This document shows, piece by piece, positions 51,621 through 62,659 of a stretch of 64,000 nt of DNA (position 1 is the first letter of the stretch; the number at the start of each line of letters is the position of its first letter). The stretch is from Chiloscyllium plagiosum. Its lineage: Eukaryota. A program made the position numbers and the translations under genes. The stretch spans positions 35,216,137-35,280,136 of the forward strand of contig NC_057719.1 in NCBI RefSeq assembly GCF_004010195.1, written 5' to 3'. The notes below the pieces were generated by a model, which searched no databases, had not been told where the DNA came from, and was given only the letters and a program-made list of their open reading frames with translations.

Positions 51621-53297
51621 GTAAAATAAGAAACCCTGCCTTTCTCAGTTCTAACAGAAAGTCAACAGTTCCACCATTAAAACAAATATCAAGTATTTTG
51701 CAAACCAATTTATCTGAAATAAGTACATAATTCGGTAATAGTGTAGTTATTTGCATCATATTTCTATGACCTTAGATATTTTTAAATTGGAATCAGAACC
51801 GTTTACTTTTCTTCAGCAGAAATGATAATTTTACATATTACCCTAGTTTCATGTTTTATAACACATTTAATATTTAATATAGACTTAAAGGACAAAATTC
51901 TGTAAATTGCAGTAACAAATGTGTTTTTGCCCAGACCTATCACCTTTTGAGAAAACAATAAAGCAGTATGATTTACCATTGAAGAACAAGGAGTTCACTT
52001 TCTGGGTTGTAATTTGACAGATCAGTTGCAAGGGTTCTTGTGGCACAATGATAGTGCCCTTACCTCTGGGTCAAAGGACCTGAGTTAAAGTCCAACCCAC
52101 TCCATAGAAGTGTCATGACAATGCATCAGTTAAAATATTCAGATAAAAATATTAAATTTTGTCTAATTGTGTGAGAGAGACAATGTTCACAACTTTGGAG
52201 AAAGAACTTACTTTCTTATCAACCAGTTCAGAGGTTTAATTACAAACCTTTGGAACTGGTGGACTTAAACTCAGGCTTCCTGGTTCAGAAGTAGAGAAGG
52301 ATGGAGGATTTTAAAAAAAACTCAACCTGCTCAGGCACACATCTGGAGCAGGTGGGACTTGTATTTTTTTTCTGAATCAACCTGTTCATTGTACACTCCT
52401 GAAGAAGGTGAGACTTGAACCCAGGTCTTCTGGCTTAGGACTACATACACTACCACTGTACCACAAGAGCCCTTATGATTGTAAAGGATTGAATGTCTAA
52501 TCTCCAATTTTCAGCTCTGATCTTTCAAATCAGTATGGACTTTGCTTATCCACAGTCCAAGATAATATAGCAGGAAGACCAAGATGCAAGGAGAGCTTCA
52601 GCTGCAAGAAGGCCAGCAGCAGGAACACCCATCAGCATTTGCAGCTGTAGCATTCTGTTCATTAGACATTCATCAGACAATGGAGGAAGTGGGCACACTG
52701 CAAAAGTTTCACCAGGGCCACTTGGCTCTAAAACTCATTGATTCAAATGTGCGCAAAAGTGTTAAATTCTAGAGGCAATGTGAGAATGATTGTTGGGACA
52801 ACAAAGTAGCTGTTGCTCAAATGAGGAATCAAGGAATGCTAGTAAAGCTGATATTTCAACAATTGGGGTCATTTCTTGTACAAGAGTTAATCAGACGGTA
52901 TCCAATAGCTTTCATTTTCAGCTGCTCACAAATGACCATCCCTCTAAATAAGTTCAGAGGTGAGGACATTTGATGATTATTGCATTGCATTCAGTACAAT
53001 TGTGACATTTTAGATACTGTAACTGTCTGTGCCTGCATGTAACAAGATGACTCTAATGAAACTGGCTGATAAGTAGCAAGTAACATACACATTGTGCAGG
53101 TCTCAGGCAATTACCAATTACAAGAAGAAGAGAATTTTCCTTCACATTTAAGTACATTACCATCACTGAGTCCCTTATTATCAGCATTCTAGGATTTATC
53201 ATTGATCAGAGTTTAAATGAATTAGCTCAGAAATGTAATGGTTACAAGAACAGGTGAGAGACTGGATATTCTTCAGTGGGTAACTCCAAAAACTCAT

Positions 53298-53826
53298 GGA
53301 ACAGTTCAGGGAACATCTCTGGTCCATACGCACCAACCAACCCCACCTTCCGATAGCTATCCAGTTCAACTCTCCCTCCCACTCCCCGATGACATGTCCA
53401 TTCTGTACTACCTCTGCTGCCTAAACATGACCACCCGCAAACTGGAGGATGAACAAATCATCTTCCACCTCAGGAGCCTACAACCATATGGCCTCAACAT
53501 TGAATTCACCAGTTTTCAAATTTCCCCGCTCCATCCCAGATCCAGCCCTCCGACTCTTGACCTGACCTACCTGTCCATCTCTTTTTCCTCCTATTCGCTT
53601 CACCTCCCTCACCGACCTATCACAATCCCCTCTTACCTGCATCCAACTGTCGCCATCCCACCTACTTTTCGCTCAGCCCCCTTCCCCCTCTTTAGTCTTG
53701 ATGAAAGGTCCTGCCTGAAATGTCAACTCTCCTACACATCAAATGCTGCCTGACCTGCTGTGCTTTCTCCAGCACTACACTCTATCTACTCTGATTCGCC
53801 AGCATCTACAGTCCTCACAATCTCCT
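53298..53826 (+). mobile_element. Family A Penelope-like 3' portion, old
   Basis: DDMSIL..RKLEDEQIIFHL relic and terminal repeat with decayed hammerhead near 53698-53727. Confidence 0.75.
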
Positions 53827-54153
53827 GTCACAGCATTGTTACAGAACAGAAGGTTGCCATTCAGCCTATTATGTCTGCATTGGCTTTCCAACAATCATTG
53901 ACTTGGTGTCAGTCTTGTCTCCATAACCTTGCATATTGTTTATATACAAATAATCATCTAATGTGATCTGTCATGTTTCATAGACTCTGTCTTGCCACAC
54001 ATGCAGGCACTAAATTCCAGACCTGAACCACTAATTTTATGAAGAAGTTTATCACAACTATGTTTGCAAATAACTAAATCTGTGGCCATTTGTTCTCAAT
54101 CCATTTACGAGCAGGAGCAGTTTATTCTTAAGTACACTATCCACGTCTCTATA

Positions 54154-54374
54154 CAGTCAGTTCCGCTGTAATGCGGTAATTCTGTTCTTTTGCAATCCTG
54201 TGTTATAAGAAAATTGGGTAATAGCAGCACCATTTAAATATTGGGGCAAGAATTGCATTATAGTCAATATGTGCTTTAAAACTTCCAACTTTAGAATCAG
54301 TGTCCCCAGTTTGTCAATCAGTGTTTTATAGCAAATTTGTGTTAACAAATCGCACATTATAGCAGAACGGTCTG
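54154..54374. mobile_element. Tc1/mariner (Tigger-like) MITE
   Basis: ta|cagtcagttccgctgtaatgcg ... cacattatagcagaacggtctg|ta. Confidence 0.7.
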
Positions 54375-54699
54375 TATTTTGAAAACTTCTCTCACACTTC
54401 CCCTCACTTAAGTTACTCATCTCTGTAAATTTTGTTCATCTGTGCTGACCTCTATCCACTGCATTCAAATCCTTTTTACAGTGTTGCACCCAAAATTGTA
54501 CACAATTCACCAGCAATGGTCTAACAAACGTACAAGTTCTACATAACCCTTCCTCTTGTACTCTATATCTTTATTAAACTCATAATATTGTTTATTTCAC
54601 TTGATCTGCTACATTCAATGAATCATGCACATAAAAATCCAGTTCATCTGCTTCTGCATTCCTTAAGTATTCCCTGTTGTGTATTGTCTGTCCATGTTA

Positions 54700-55171
54700 T
54701 TTTCCTGATATTGATTGGGAAAGCTATAGCTCAAGTTCGTTAGATGGGTCAGTGTTTGTTCAATGTGTGCAGGAGAGTTTCCTGACACAATATGTAGACA
54801 GGCCAACAAGAGGTGAGGCCATACTGGATTTGGTTCTGGGTAACGAACCAGGCCAGGTGTTAGAATTAGAGGTAGGTGAGCACTTTGGGGATAGTGACCA
54901 TAATTCGGTGATTTTTACTCTCGTGATGGAGAGGGATAAGTGTGTACTACAGGGCAAGAGTTATAGCTGGGGTAAGGGAAATTATGATGCGGTGAGGCAT
55001 GACTTAGGATGTGTGGCCTGGAAAAGTAAGCTTCAAGGCAAGGGTGTAATTGATATGTGGAGCTTGTTCAAGGAGAAACTATTGAGTGTCCTTGATAATT
55101 ATGCACCTGTCAGGCAGCAGCAACACATTTTTCAGCTCTGATCTCCAGCATCTGCAGTCCTCACTTTCTCC
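54700..55171 (+). mobile_element. CR1 endonuclease fragment joined directly to a family A 3' tail (about 55117-55171)
   Basis: FPDIDW..TRGEAILDLVL..GDSDHN peptide, then cagcaacacatttttcagctctgatctccagcatctgcagtcctcactttctcc. Confidence 0.75.
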
Positions 55172-55883
55172 AAATAGATAGAACTAACAGGTGATGGATC
55201 CATGACATTACTGTCATTTAGCTGATGTTTTTAACAGCTGTGATTGTGATTATCTGATATAAGGCCATACCCTCAGTCTTCTTTTGACTGAACTGGCAAA
55301 GTGTGCCTGTGCCAAATGCCAATATTTCTGTTGTTGACTGTACTTTAGTGAAAGTGACCCCAGGGACCAGGTCTGCAATAATTACTCCAGCAAAGAAATC
55401 AGTTGATAGGCTGTCCATTTAACAAAATAAAAACAGTATAATTTGGAAATCTCGAATGTGTGAAAACTTCTGACTTGCAATGACTTAAGTGTAGTTCAAA
55501 TTGTGGTTCATTTTAAAAAGTAATTGTGCCATCTTTTGCCAATTACCAACTAGAAACAGACGTGAGACACCAGAAAGCAGTCCTACGTCAGCAAGATGAA
55601 CTTTTTACATTCTCAGATAAACGTTCAGATCTCAACATCACATAAGTCTCATGAAAGAATAATGAGTTAAAACATGGAGCTGTAAGGAATACTATCTGAA
55701 AATGAAGGTACTGGTGGTAGTGGAGTTCTGTTTTAAAGGAGAGAAGATGAATCAGGCCAATATGGATGACATGGAAATGCTGCTGTTTCTTCCAGAAGTG
55801 AGGGAAATGTCAGGCAGAATCTCAAAGGGCACAGAGGACAGAATGTTACATTCCTAGAGTGCTGCTTGGCATGTGGCTGGGAA

Positions 55884-56007
55884 TCCTGATGAAGGGCTTA
55901 TGCCCGAAATGTCAATTCTCCCACTCCTCGGATGCTGCCTGACCTGTGCTTTTCCAACGCCACACTCTTGACTCTGATCTCCAGCATCATCAGTCTTCAC
56001 TTTCTCC
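55884..56007 (+). mobile_element. Solo family A terminal repeat starting at the hammerhead
   Basis: tcCTGATGAAGGGCTTATGCCCGAAATGTC...CACTTTCTCC. Confidence 0.8.
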
Positions 56008-56317
56008 TGGGGAACTCACTGGAGTAAGGGCTGATCCCCATCAACTTTTTTGACATTTAAAACAGGGTCATTAAATACTTTTAAGGGAAAGGTGGGTAGA
56101 TTCTTGTTCAGCTGGGATGGAAAGGTGGAATTTAAAACACGAACCGACTGGCACTGACCTAAGCACCGGAAATGACAACAGCAGACCCAGCCTTGTTCAC
56201 ATTGCAAAGTCCTCCTTACAAATGGGGAGTAAAATTTAGGAAAGCTGTCTCAGAGACTAGTCAAGTAACAGCCTGACACAGTCATACTCACAGAACAAAC
56301 CTTACAATGTCCCCATT

Positions 56318-57415
56318 GGAGGTATGGCATTGAGGGTGAGTTGGAGGTTTGGATTAGGAATTGGCTGGATGGAAGAAGACAGAGGGTAGTAGTTGATGGC
56401 AAATGTTCATCTTGGAGTGCCGTCACTAGCGGTGTTCCGCAAGGATCTGTTTTGGGACCATTGCTGTTTGTCATTTTTATAAATGACCTGGAAGAGGGGT
56501 TAGAAGGTTGGGTGAGCAAGTTTGCGGATGATACGAAAGTCTGAGGAGTTGTTGACAGTGAGGAAGGATGTGGCAGGTTACAGCGGGATATAGATAAGCT
56601 TTAGAACTGGGCAGAAAGGTGGCAAATGTAGTTCAATGTAGCTAAGTGTGAGGTGATTCACTTTGGGAAGAATAACAAAAAGATGGGGTACTGGGCTAAT
56701 GGTCGGATACTTGGTAGTGTGGATGAGCAGAGGGATCTTGGTGTCCATGTACACAAATCTTTGAAAGTTGCCACTCAGGTAAATAGTGCGGTGAGGAAGG
56801 CATATGGCGTACTGGCTTTTATTGGTAGAGGGATTGAGTTCCGGAGTCCTGGGGTCATGTTGCAGTTGTATAAGACTCTGGTGCGGCTGCATCTGGAGTA
56901 TTGTGTGCAGTTTTTGTCGCCATACTATAGGAAGGATGTGGAGGCACTGGAACGGGTGCAGAGGAGGTTTACCAGGATGTTGCCTGGTATGGAAGGAAGA
57001 TCGTATGAGGAAAGACTGAGACACTTGGGGCTGTTTTCATTAGAGAAAAGAAGGTTTAGGGGTGACTTGATTGAGGTGTACAAGATGATTAGGGGGTTAG
57101 ATAGGGTTGACAGTGTGAACCTTTTCCCGCGTATGGAGTCGGGTATTACAAGGGGGCATAGCTTTAAATTAAGCGGGGGTTGATATAGGACTGAAGTTAG
57201 GCGTAGGTTCTTCACTCAGCGAGTCGTAAGTTCATGGAATGCCCTGCCAGTAGCAGTGGTGGACTCTCCCTCTTTATGGGCATTTAAGCGGGCATTGGAT
57301 AGGTATATGGAGGATAGTGGGTTAGTATAGGTTAGGTGGGCTTGGATCGGCGCAACATCGAGGGCCAAAGGGCCTGTACTGCGCTGTATTCTTCTATGTT
57401 CTATGTTCTATGTTC
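56318..57415 (+). mobile_element. Young 5'-truncated CR1/HER1-type LINE with (TTCTATG)n tail
   Basis: Nearly open RT C-half ([18 protein letters not shown]) with a few stops; tail ttctatg x3. Confidence 0.92.
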
Positions 57416-57499
57416 ATCCTCCCAAAATGCAACACCTCACACTTCTCCATATTGACCTTCCTCTGCTACCTGTCTGCCCATTTAGCTATCTTAGCAATT

Positions 57500-59465
57500 T
57501 ACAATGCTTTCTCTCATGTAAAAATAAGTTTAATAATGCTAAAATATGTAAGGAAAGCAGGAAAGAACTTAAACAAGGAATTAGGGTGAAAATAAGTCAT
57601 GAAAAATAATTAGCATATGGATGTAGGTTTGCTTGCTGAGCTGGAAGGTTCGTTTTCAATGAAAATGAAAATGAACCTTCCAGCTCAGCGAGCAAACCTA
57701 CATCCTTGACCTGAGCTACAAATCTTCTCAAAACACTCTAATATATATTATATATGTACATTTATGAAGCAATAGGGTAGACAGGGAAAGGATGATCTCA
57801 GGGAAGATGGGGTTGGTTAGTGCGTATGGACCAGAGATGTTCACTGAACTGTTCCATGAGTTTTTGGAGTTTCTAAGCCAAGTTGCTATTAAAATGGAAG
57901 AGGTGTTGTGCGTCTTAAAAAGTATTAAGGTAGGTAAGTCCCCGGGTCATGATGATATCTATCCCAGAATGTTGAGGAAGGCAAGAGAACCAATTGCTGG
58001 GGCATTGACAGACATTTTTGTATCCTCTTTGGCCACAGGTGAGGTCCCAGAAGAATCAATGTTGTCCCCTTGTTTAAGAAGGGTAACAGGGATGATCCTG
58101 GAAATTACAGGCCTGTGAAACTAATGTCGGTTATAGGGAAATTATTGGAAAAAATTCTCAGGGACAAGATCTATACACATTTAAAAGCAAATAGACTTTT
58201 AGCGACAGACAGCATGGTTTTGTGCGGGGAAGGTCATACCTCACTAACTTGATCGAGTTTTTTGAGGAGGTGACAAAGATAATTGAGGGAAAAGTGGTTG
58301 CTGTTCTCTACATGGACTTCAGTAAAGCTTTTGAAAAGATCCTTCATGACAGACTTCAAGATGAAGTCACCTGGTTTTAGTGGTGAGCTGGCAGGATGTA
58401 CACAGAACTGGCTTAGTCATAGGAGACAAAGAGTAGTGGTAGAAGGATGCTTTTTGGAATGGGGGGTTGTGACCTAGTGGTATTCCACAAGCATCAATGC
58501 TGGGACCTCTGCTGTTAGTGATCTACATAACTGATTTGGAGGAAAATGCAGCTGGTCTAAGTTTGCAGACGACATAAAGATTGGTGGAGTTTGCGGATAG
58601 TGAGGAGGATTCCCGAGGGTAGGAGTGGATATAGGTCAGTTGGAGGCATGGACGGAAAAATGGCAGATGGAGTTTAATCTGGACAAACGTGAGGTCCTGC
58701 ATTTGGAAGGTCACGTACAGGTGGAAATTATACACTGGCAGAATCCATGTGTGTATTGATATGCAGAGGGATCTCGGGGTGCAGGTCCACAAATCACTGA
58801 TGGTGGCAGCACAGGTAGTTAAGATAGTAAAAAAGGCTTATGGAAAGCTTGCCTTCATTGGAAGGGGCATAGAGTTTAAGGATAGACAAGTTATGCTGGA
58901 ACTTTTGCAACTTTATTTAGGCCACACTTGGAATAATGCATACAGTTCTGGTCACCACACTACCAGAAGATATGGATGCTTTGGAGAGGGTACAGAAAAG
59001 GTTTACCAGGATGTTGCCTGGTATGTGGGATTTTAGCTATTAAGAAAGGTTGGATATACTGGATTTGTTATCACTGGAACATAGGAGGTTGTGGATAGAA
59101 CTTTGTAAGATTGTGAAAAGCATGGATAGAGTAGAAAGTATGAGGCTTTTTCCCAGGGTGGAGTGGCCAATTACTAGGGATCACAGGTTCAAGGTGTGAG
59201 GGATGAAGTTTAAAAGAGATGTGCAAGGCAAGTGTTTCACATGAAGGGTGGTGAGTGTATAAATTGCATTGCCAAAGGAGGTGATGGAAGCAGACAGAAT
59301 AGCAGCATTCAAGAAACACCTGGATGAATACAAGAATAGGAAGGGAATAAAGGGACATGGATTCTATAAGTGAAGACAGTTTTAGTATGGAGGGGTAAAA
59401 TGTGTCAGCGCAGGCTTGGAGCGTTGAAGTGCCTGTTTCTCTGCTGGATTGTTCTTTGTTCTTAA
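57500..59465 (+). mobile_element. CR1-type LINE ORF2 fragment
   Basis: KSPGHDDIYPRML, FKKGNRDDPGNYRPV and QRDLGVQVH motifs; 3' UTR. Confidence 0.82.
57619..57738. mobile_element. Family B mini fold-back lacking the hammerhead core
   Basis: Arms 57619-57658 and 57666-57705, both starting at TGAAAA, followed by the family B tail. Confidence 0.85.
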
Positions 59466-60351
59466 ATTAGCAGATTCCTTCATCAATCAAATAATCTATT
59501 ATCCATTACTTGGATCTTAACTTTGGACTGGGTAAAATGCCGAATGTGGTAGACAGGATCAGTTGCCGATGATTGGTTTGATTCTCTACATGAGTAAATG
59601 AGGCTTCAGTGGATTAAATAAGATATATAATCCTTCCCATCTGAGTTTCCATCTACATTTGACCGAGACATGTGAATCACTTGAGTAGCCAGAAATATAC
59701 CTGATTGTATTTTGTGGTACTTGAGTTTGTGCAAAGGCAATGGTTAGACCACAGTTAGAATATTGTGAATATTCAGCAAATCCAGTTGTTATCTGTAGAG
59801 GGAGAGAGACAGTTAACATTTCAGATCAATGACATTTTGTTGAAAAAACCTTGATGGACACAGGGCTGCTGGTACTGACAGCAACCCTGCTATGTTGGCT
59901 AGCTGTGTCCTAATCACAAATGCTGAAGAATTAGGAGGAAAGGACATTGGTAATTTAACTGGCTGAGGAGAAAGTAATGGGAAACTGTAAGTTCTACACA
60001 CTCCCAGATTATTCAAAAACAGCAGAAAGTTTGAACATATTCCTTTTATATGCAGGGAATGGGTCTTTGTCTATATAAGTCGCTTTCAGCAAGCCTAAAT
60101 GAACCATGCTGGGAGATCTGAAACAAATAAAAATAGAAATTGCTGGAGAACTTCAGCAAGTCTGGCAGTGAAATCAGAGTGACTGTTGCAAGTCCAGTGA
60201 CCCTTCTTCAGAACATACTAGGAGATTGACTGATTAACCTAAATTAGTCATGAGTGTAATTAGTAGTGCAGTCAGAATTATTTAATAAGTTCACAGAATC
60301 ACATCTAACAATAGATATTTTGTATGCACAGATTTGTCCTGTAACTATTAC

Positions 60352-60565
60352 AAAGCGCAACAGGTCAGGCAGCATCCAAGGAGCAGGAGAATCAACGTTT
60401 CGGGCATGAGCCCTTCTTCAGGAATCTTCAGCCCTTCTTCTTGAAGAAGGGCTCATGCCCGAAATGTCGATTCTCCTGCTCCTTGGATGCTGCCTGACCT
60501 GCTGCGCTTTTCTAGCAACACATTTTCAGTTCTGATCTCCAGCATCTGCAGTCCTTACTTGCTCC
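60352..60565. mobile_element. Family A mini fold-back with 16-bp TSD
   Basis: Arms about 60352-60424 and 60438-60510; TSD tcctgtaactattaca at 60337-60352 and 60563-60578. Confidence 0.9.
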
Positions 60566-61849
60566 TGTAACTATTACAGACAACCAAAAGAACGTGCTGT
60601 TTGATTCAATCTGCCAGTTGCTGGGTGTGAAGAACAGTGTATAGGTTTATGTCAGGTGGTTTGTCCAGTTTAGTTCTTTACAAGTACAGCTAGTTCATTT
60701 CAGTTTCTGGTTAGTGATAACCCCCAGCACATTGTTAGGCTGAAGACTTGGTGCAGAATGGAGGGCTTTAGATTCCTAGATCACAAGATCCATTTCTGCA
60801 TGGGTTATTTTTCATCAATTTGTTCAGACATATTTAAACATACATCTGGGGCAATGGGATGAAAGCAAAATACTGTGGATCTGGAAATCTGAAACACAAA
60901 AAAAATGCTAGAGAAGTTTAACAGGTCTGGCAACATCTGTGGAAAGAGAAACAATGTTAACATTTCAAGTCCAGTGTGACTGTTCTTCACTTGACTCAAC
61001 ATTAATCCTGTTTCTACCTTTACAAATGATAATAAACCAGATGAGTTGAGGATGCTAATTAACATGAGAATATGACATCATTGCTATCACAGATACATGA
61101 TTGAGGTTGGGCTTAACTGCCCACACAATAATCTGGCATATCAAATCTTCACATTAGAGGGGAGTGTAAAAGAAAATGTATGTCACAATATTGATCAAAG
61201 AGTCAATTACTGCCATAAAGAGAGATGATAAATATATGAATAAGAAATGTTTGGAGGCATATGGACCAAGTGGAGGCAGGTGGAACTAGTTTAGTTTGGG
61301 CTTATGGTTGGCATGGACTGGTTGGACCGAAAAGTCTGTTTTTGTACTGTATGATTCTAAGACTCAACCTTCAACGTCCCAATATTTCAATCCTGTGTTT
61401 ACCTCTTTAAATATTTTAGTGATCTTGCCTTCACAATCCACTGGGTTTGAGAATTCCAGACATAATGACCCTCTAGCTGAAGAAATTCCTTTGCATCTTT
61501 GTTTTAAATGAGTATTACCTTATTATGTAACTATGTTCTCTAGTTTGAGATTCCTCCCTTAATGCAAACATCTTCTCAACGTCCATCCTGTCAAGTCTTC
61601 TAAACTGTAATGAATAAATACCTAACGTGTAGCCATTCTGAATTAGTCATCTTCATCTAAAGAGCCAATCCAGCAAATCTGCTTTGAACTGCCTGCAATG
61701 TCAGTACATCCTTTACAGATTCTGGAAATCACTTCTTAAAACAGAGCAGTACAGGATAGGAACAGGCCCTTCGGCCAACCAGGTTTGTGCCAACCATGAT
61801 GATGTTCTAACTAATCCCATCTACCTGCAAAGGGTCGATGTCTGTAGAG

Positions 61850-62470
61850 GTCCTGTTTTTCAACTTCCTACTTCCTGATTCATTCTACAGGACTTCATTT
61901 GTCTTTCTGTCTGTATGGTTAGTACTAATACAGACCACGATCTCTGGCTGCTCATCTTCCCCCTCAGAATATCCTGTGCACTCTTGGAGACATCCTTGAC
62001 CCTGATACCAGGGAGACAACACACCATCCTGGAATCTTGCTTGTGGCCATACAAATGCATATCTGTGCCCCTAAAGAAGACCCTATCATTGCTACTTGCC
62101 TACACTTCAAACCTCCCGGCTATACAAAAGAGCCAGTTGTGTTGCCACTGATCTGACTGCTACTGTTGTTTTCTTGTGAGAGGTCATTCTCTCTAAAGTA
62201 TCCAAGGATGTGTATCTGTTTGAGAGAGGAATGGCCACAATAGTCTGCTGCACGGCCAAACTTACTAGTCTTCCTGGTGATCATCCAACTCTTTTTTTTG
62301 GTCTGTGTAGCCTTTACTAGTAGTGTGACCAACTCACTGAAATACGAGTCATGACATTCTCAGCCTCAAGAATGTACCATGGTGAATCCATATGCAGCTC
62401 CAGGTGCTACATGTGGCAATCGGGAGATGCAGCTGATGCACCTCCCACATGCATAGTCATCATGGATACT
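61850..62470 (-). mobile_element. CR1-type LINE ORF1 fragment
   Basis: DSRMVCCLPGIRVKDVS motif shared with other ORF1 copies. Confidence 0.7.
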
Positions 62471-62659
62471 TAAATTTGGGCACCAAATTGTACACAGTTC
62501 CCTAGGTACAGCCTCTATAGTTGTGACAAAATTTGCCTATTTTTAAACTCCAGCAATAAAGGCCAAAATTCCATTTGCCTTCTTAATTACTTGCTGCACA
62601 CGATGCTAACCTTTTTTGTGCTTAATGCACACGATCACGTAAATCTCACTCTATTGTAT

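Noticed and set aside
55574..55645. Possible next MOK exon KAVLRQQDELFTFSDKRSDLNIT*, faintly like human KQSLKQEED
   Set aside because: No polypyrimidine tract before the AG, similarity ends after nine residues and a stop follows; likely chance unless RNA-seq shows a 51620-55574 junction
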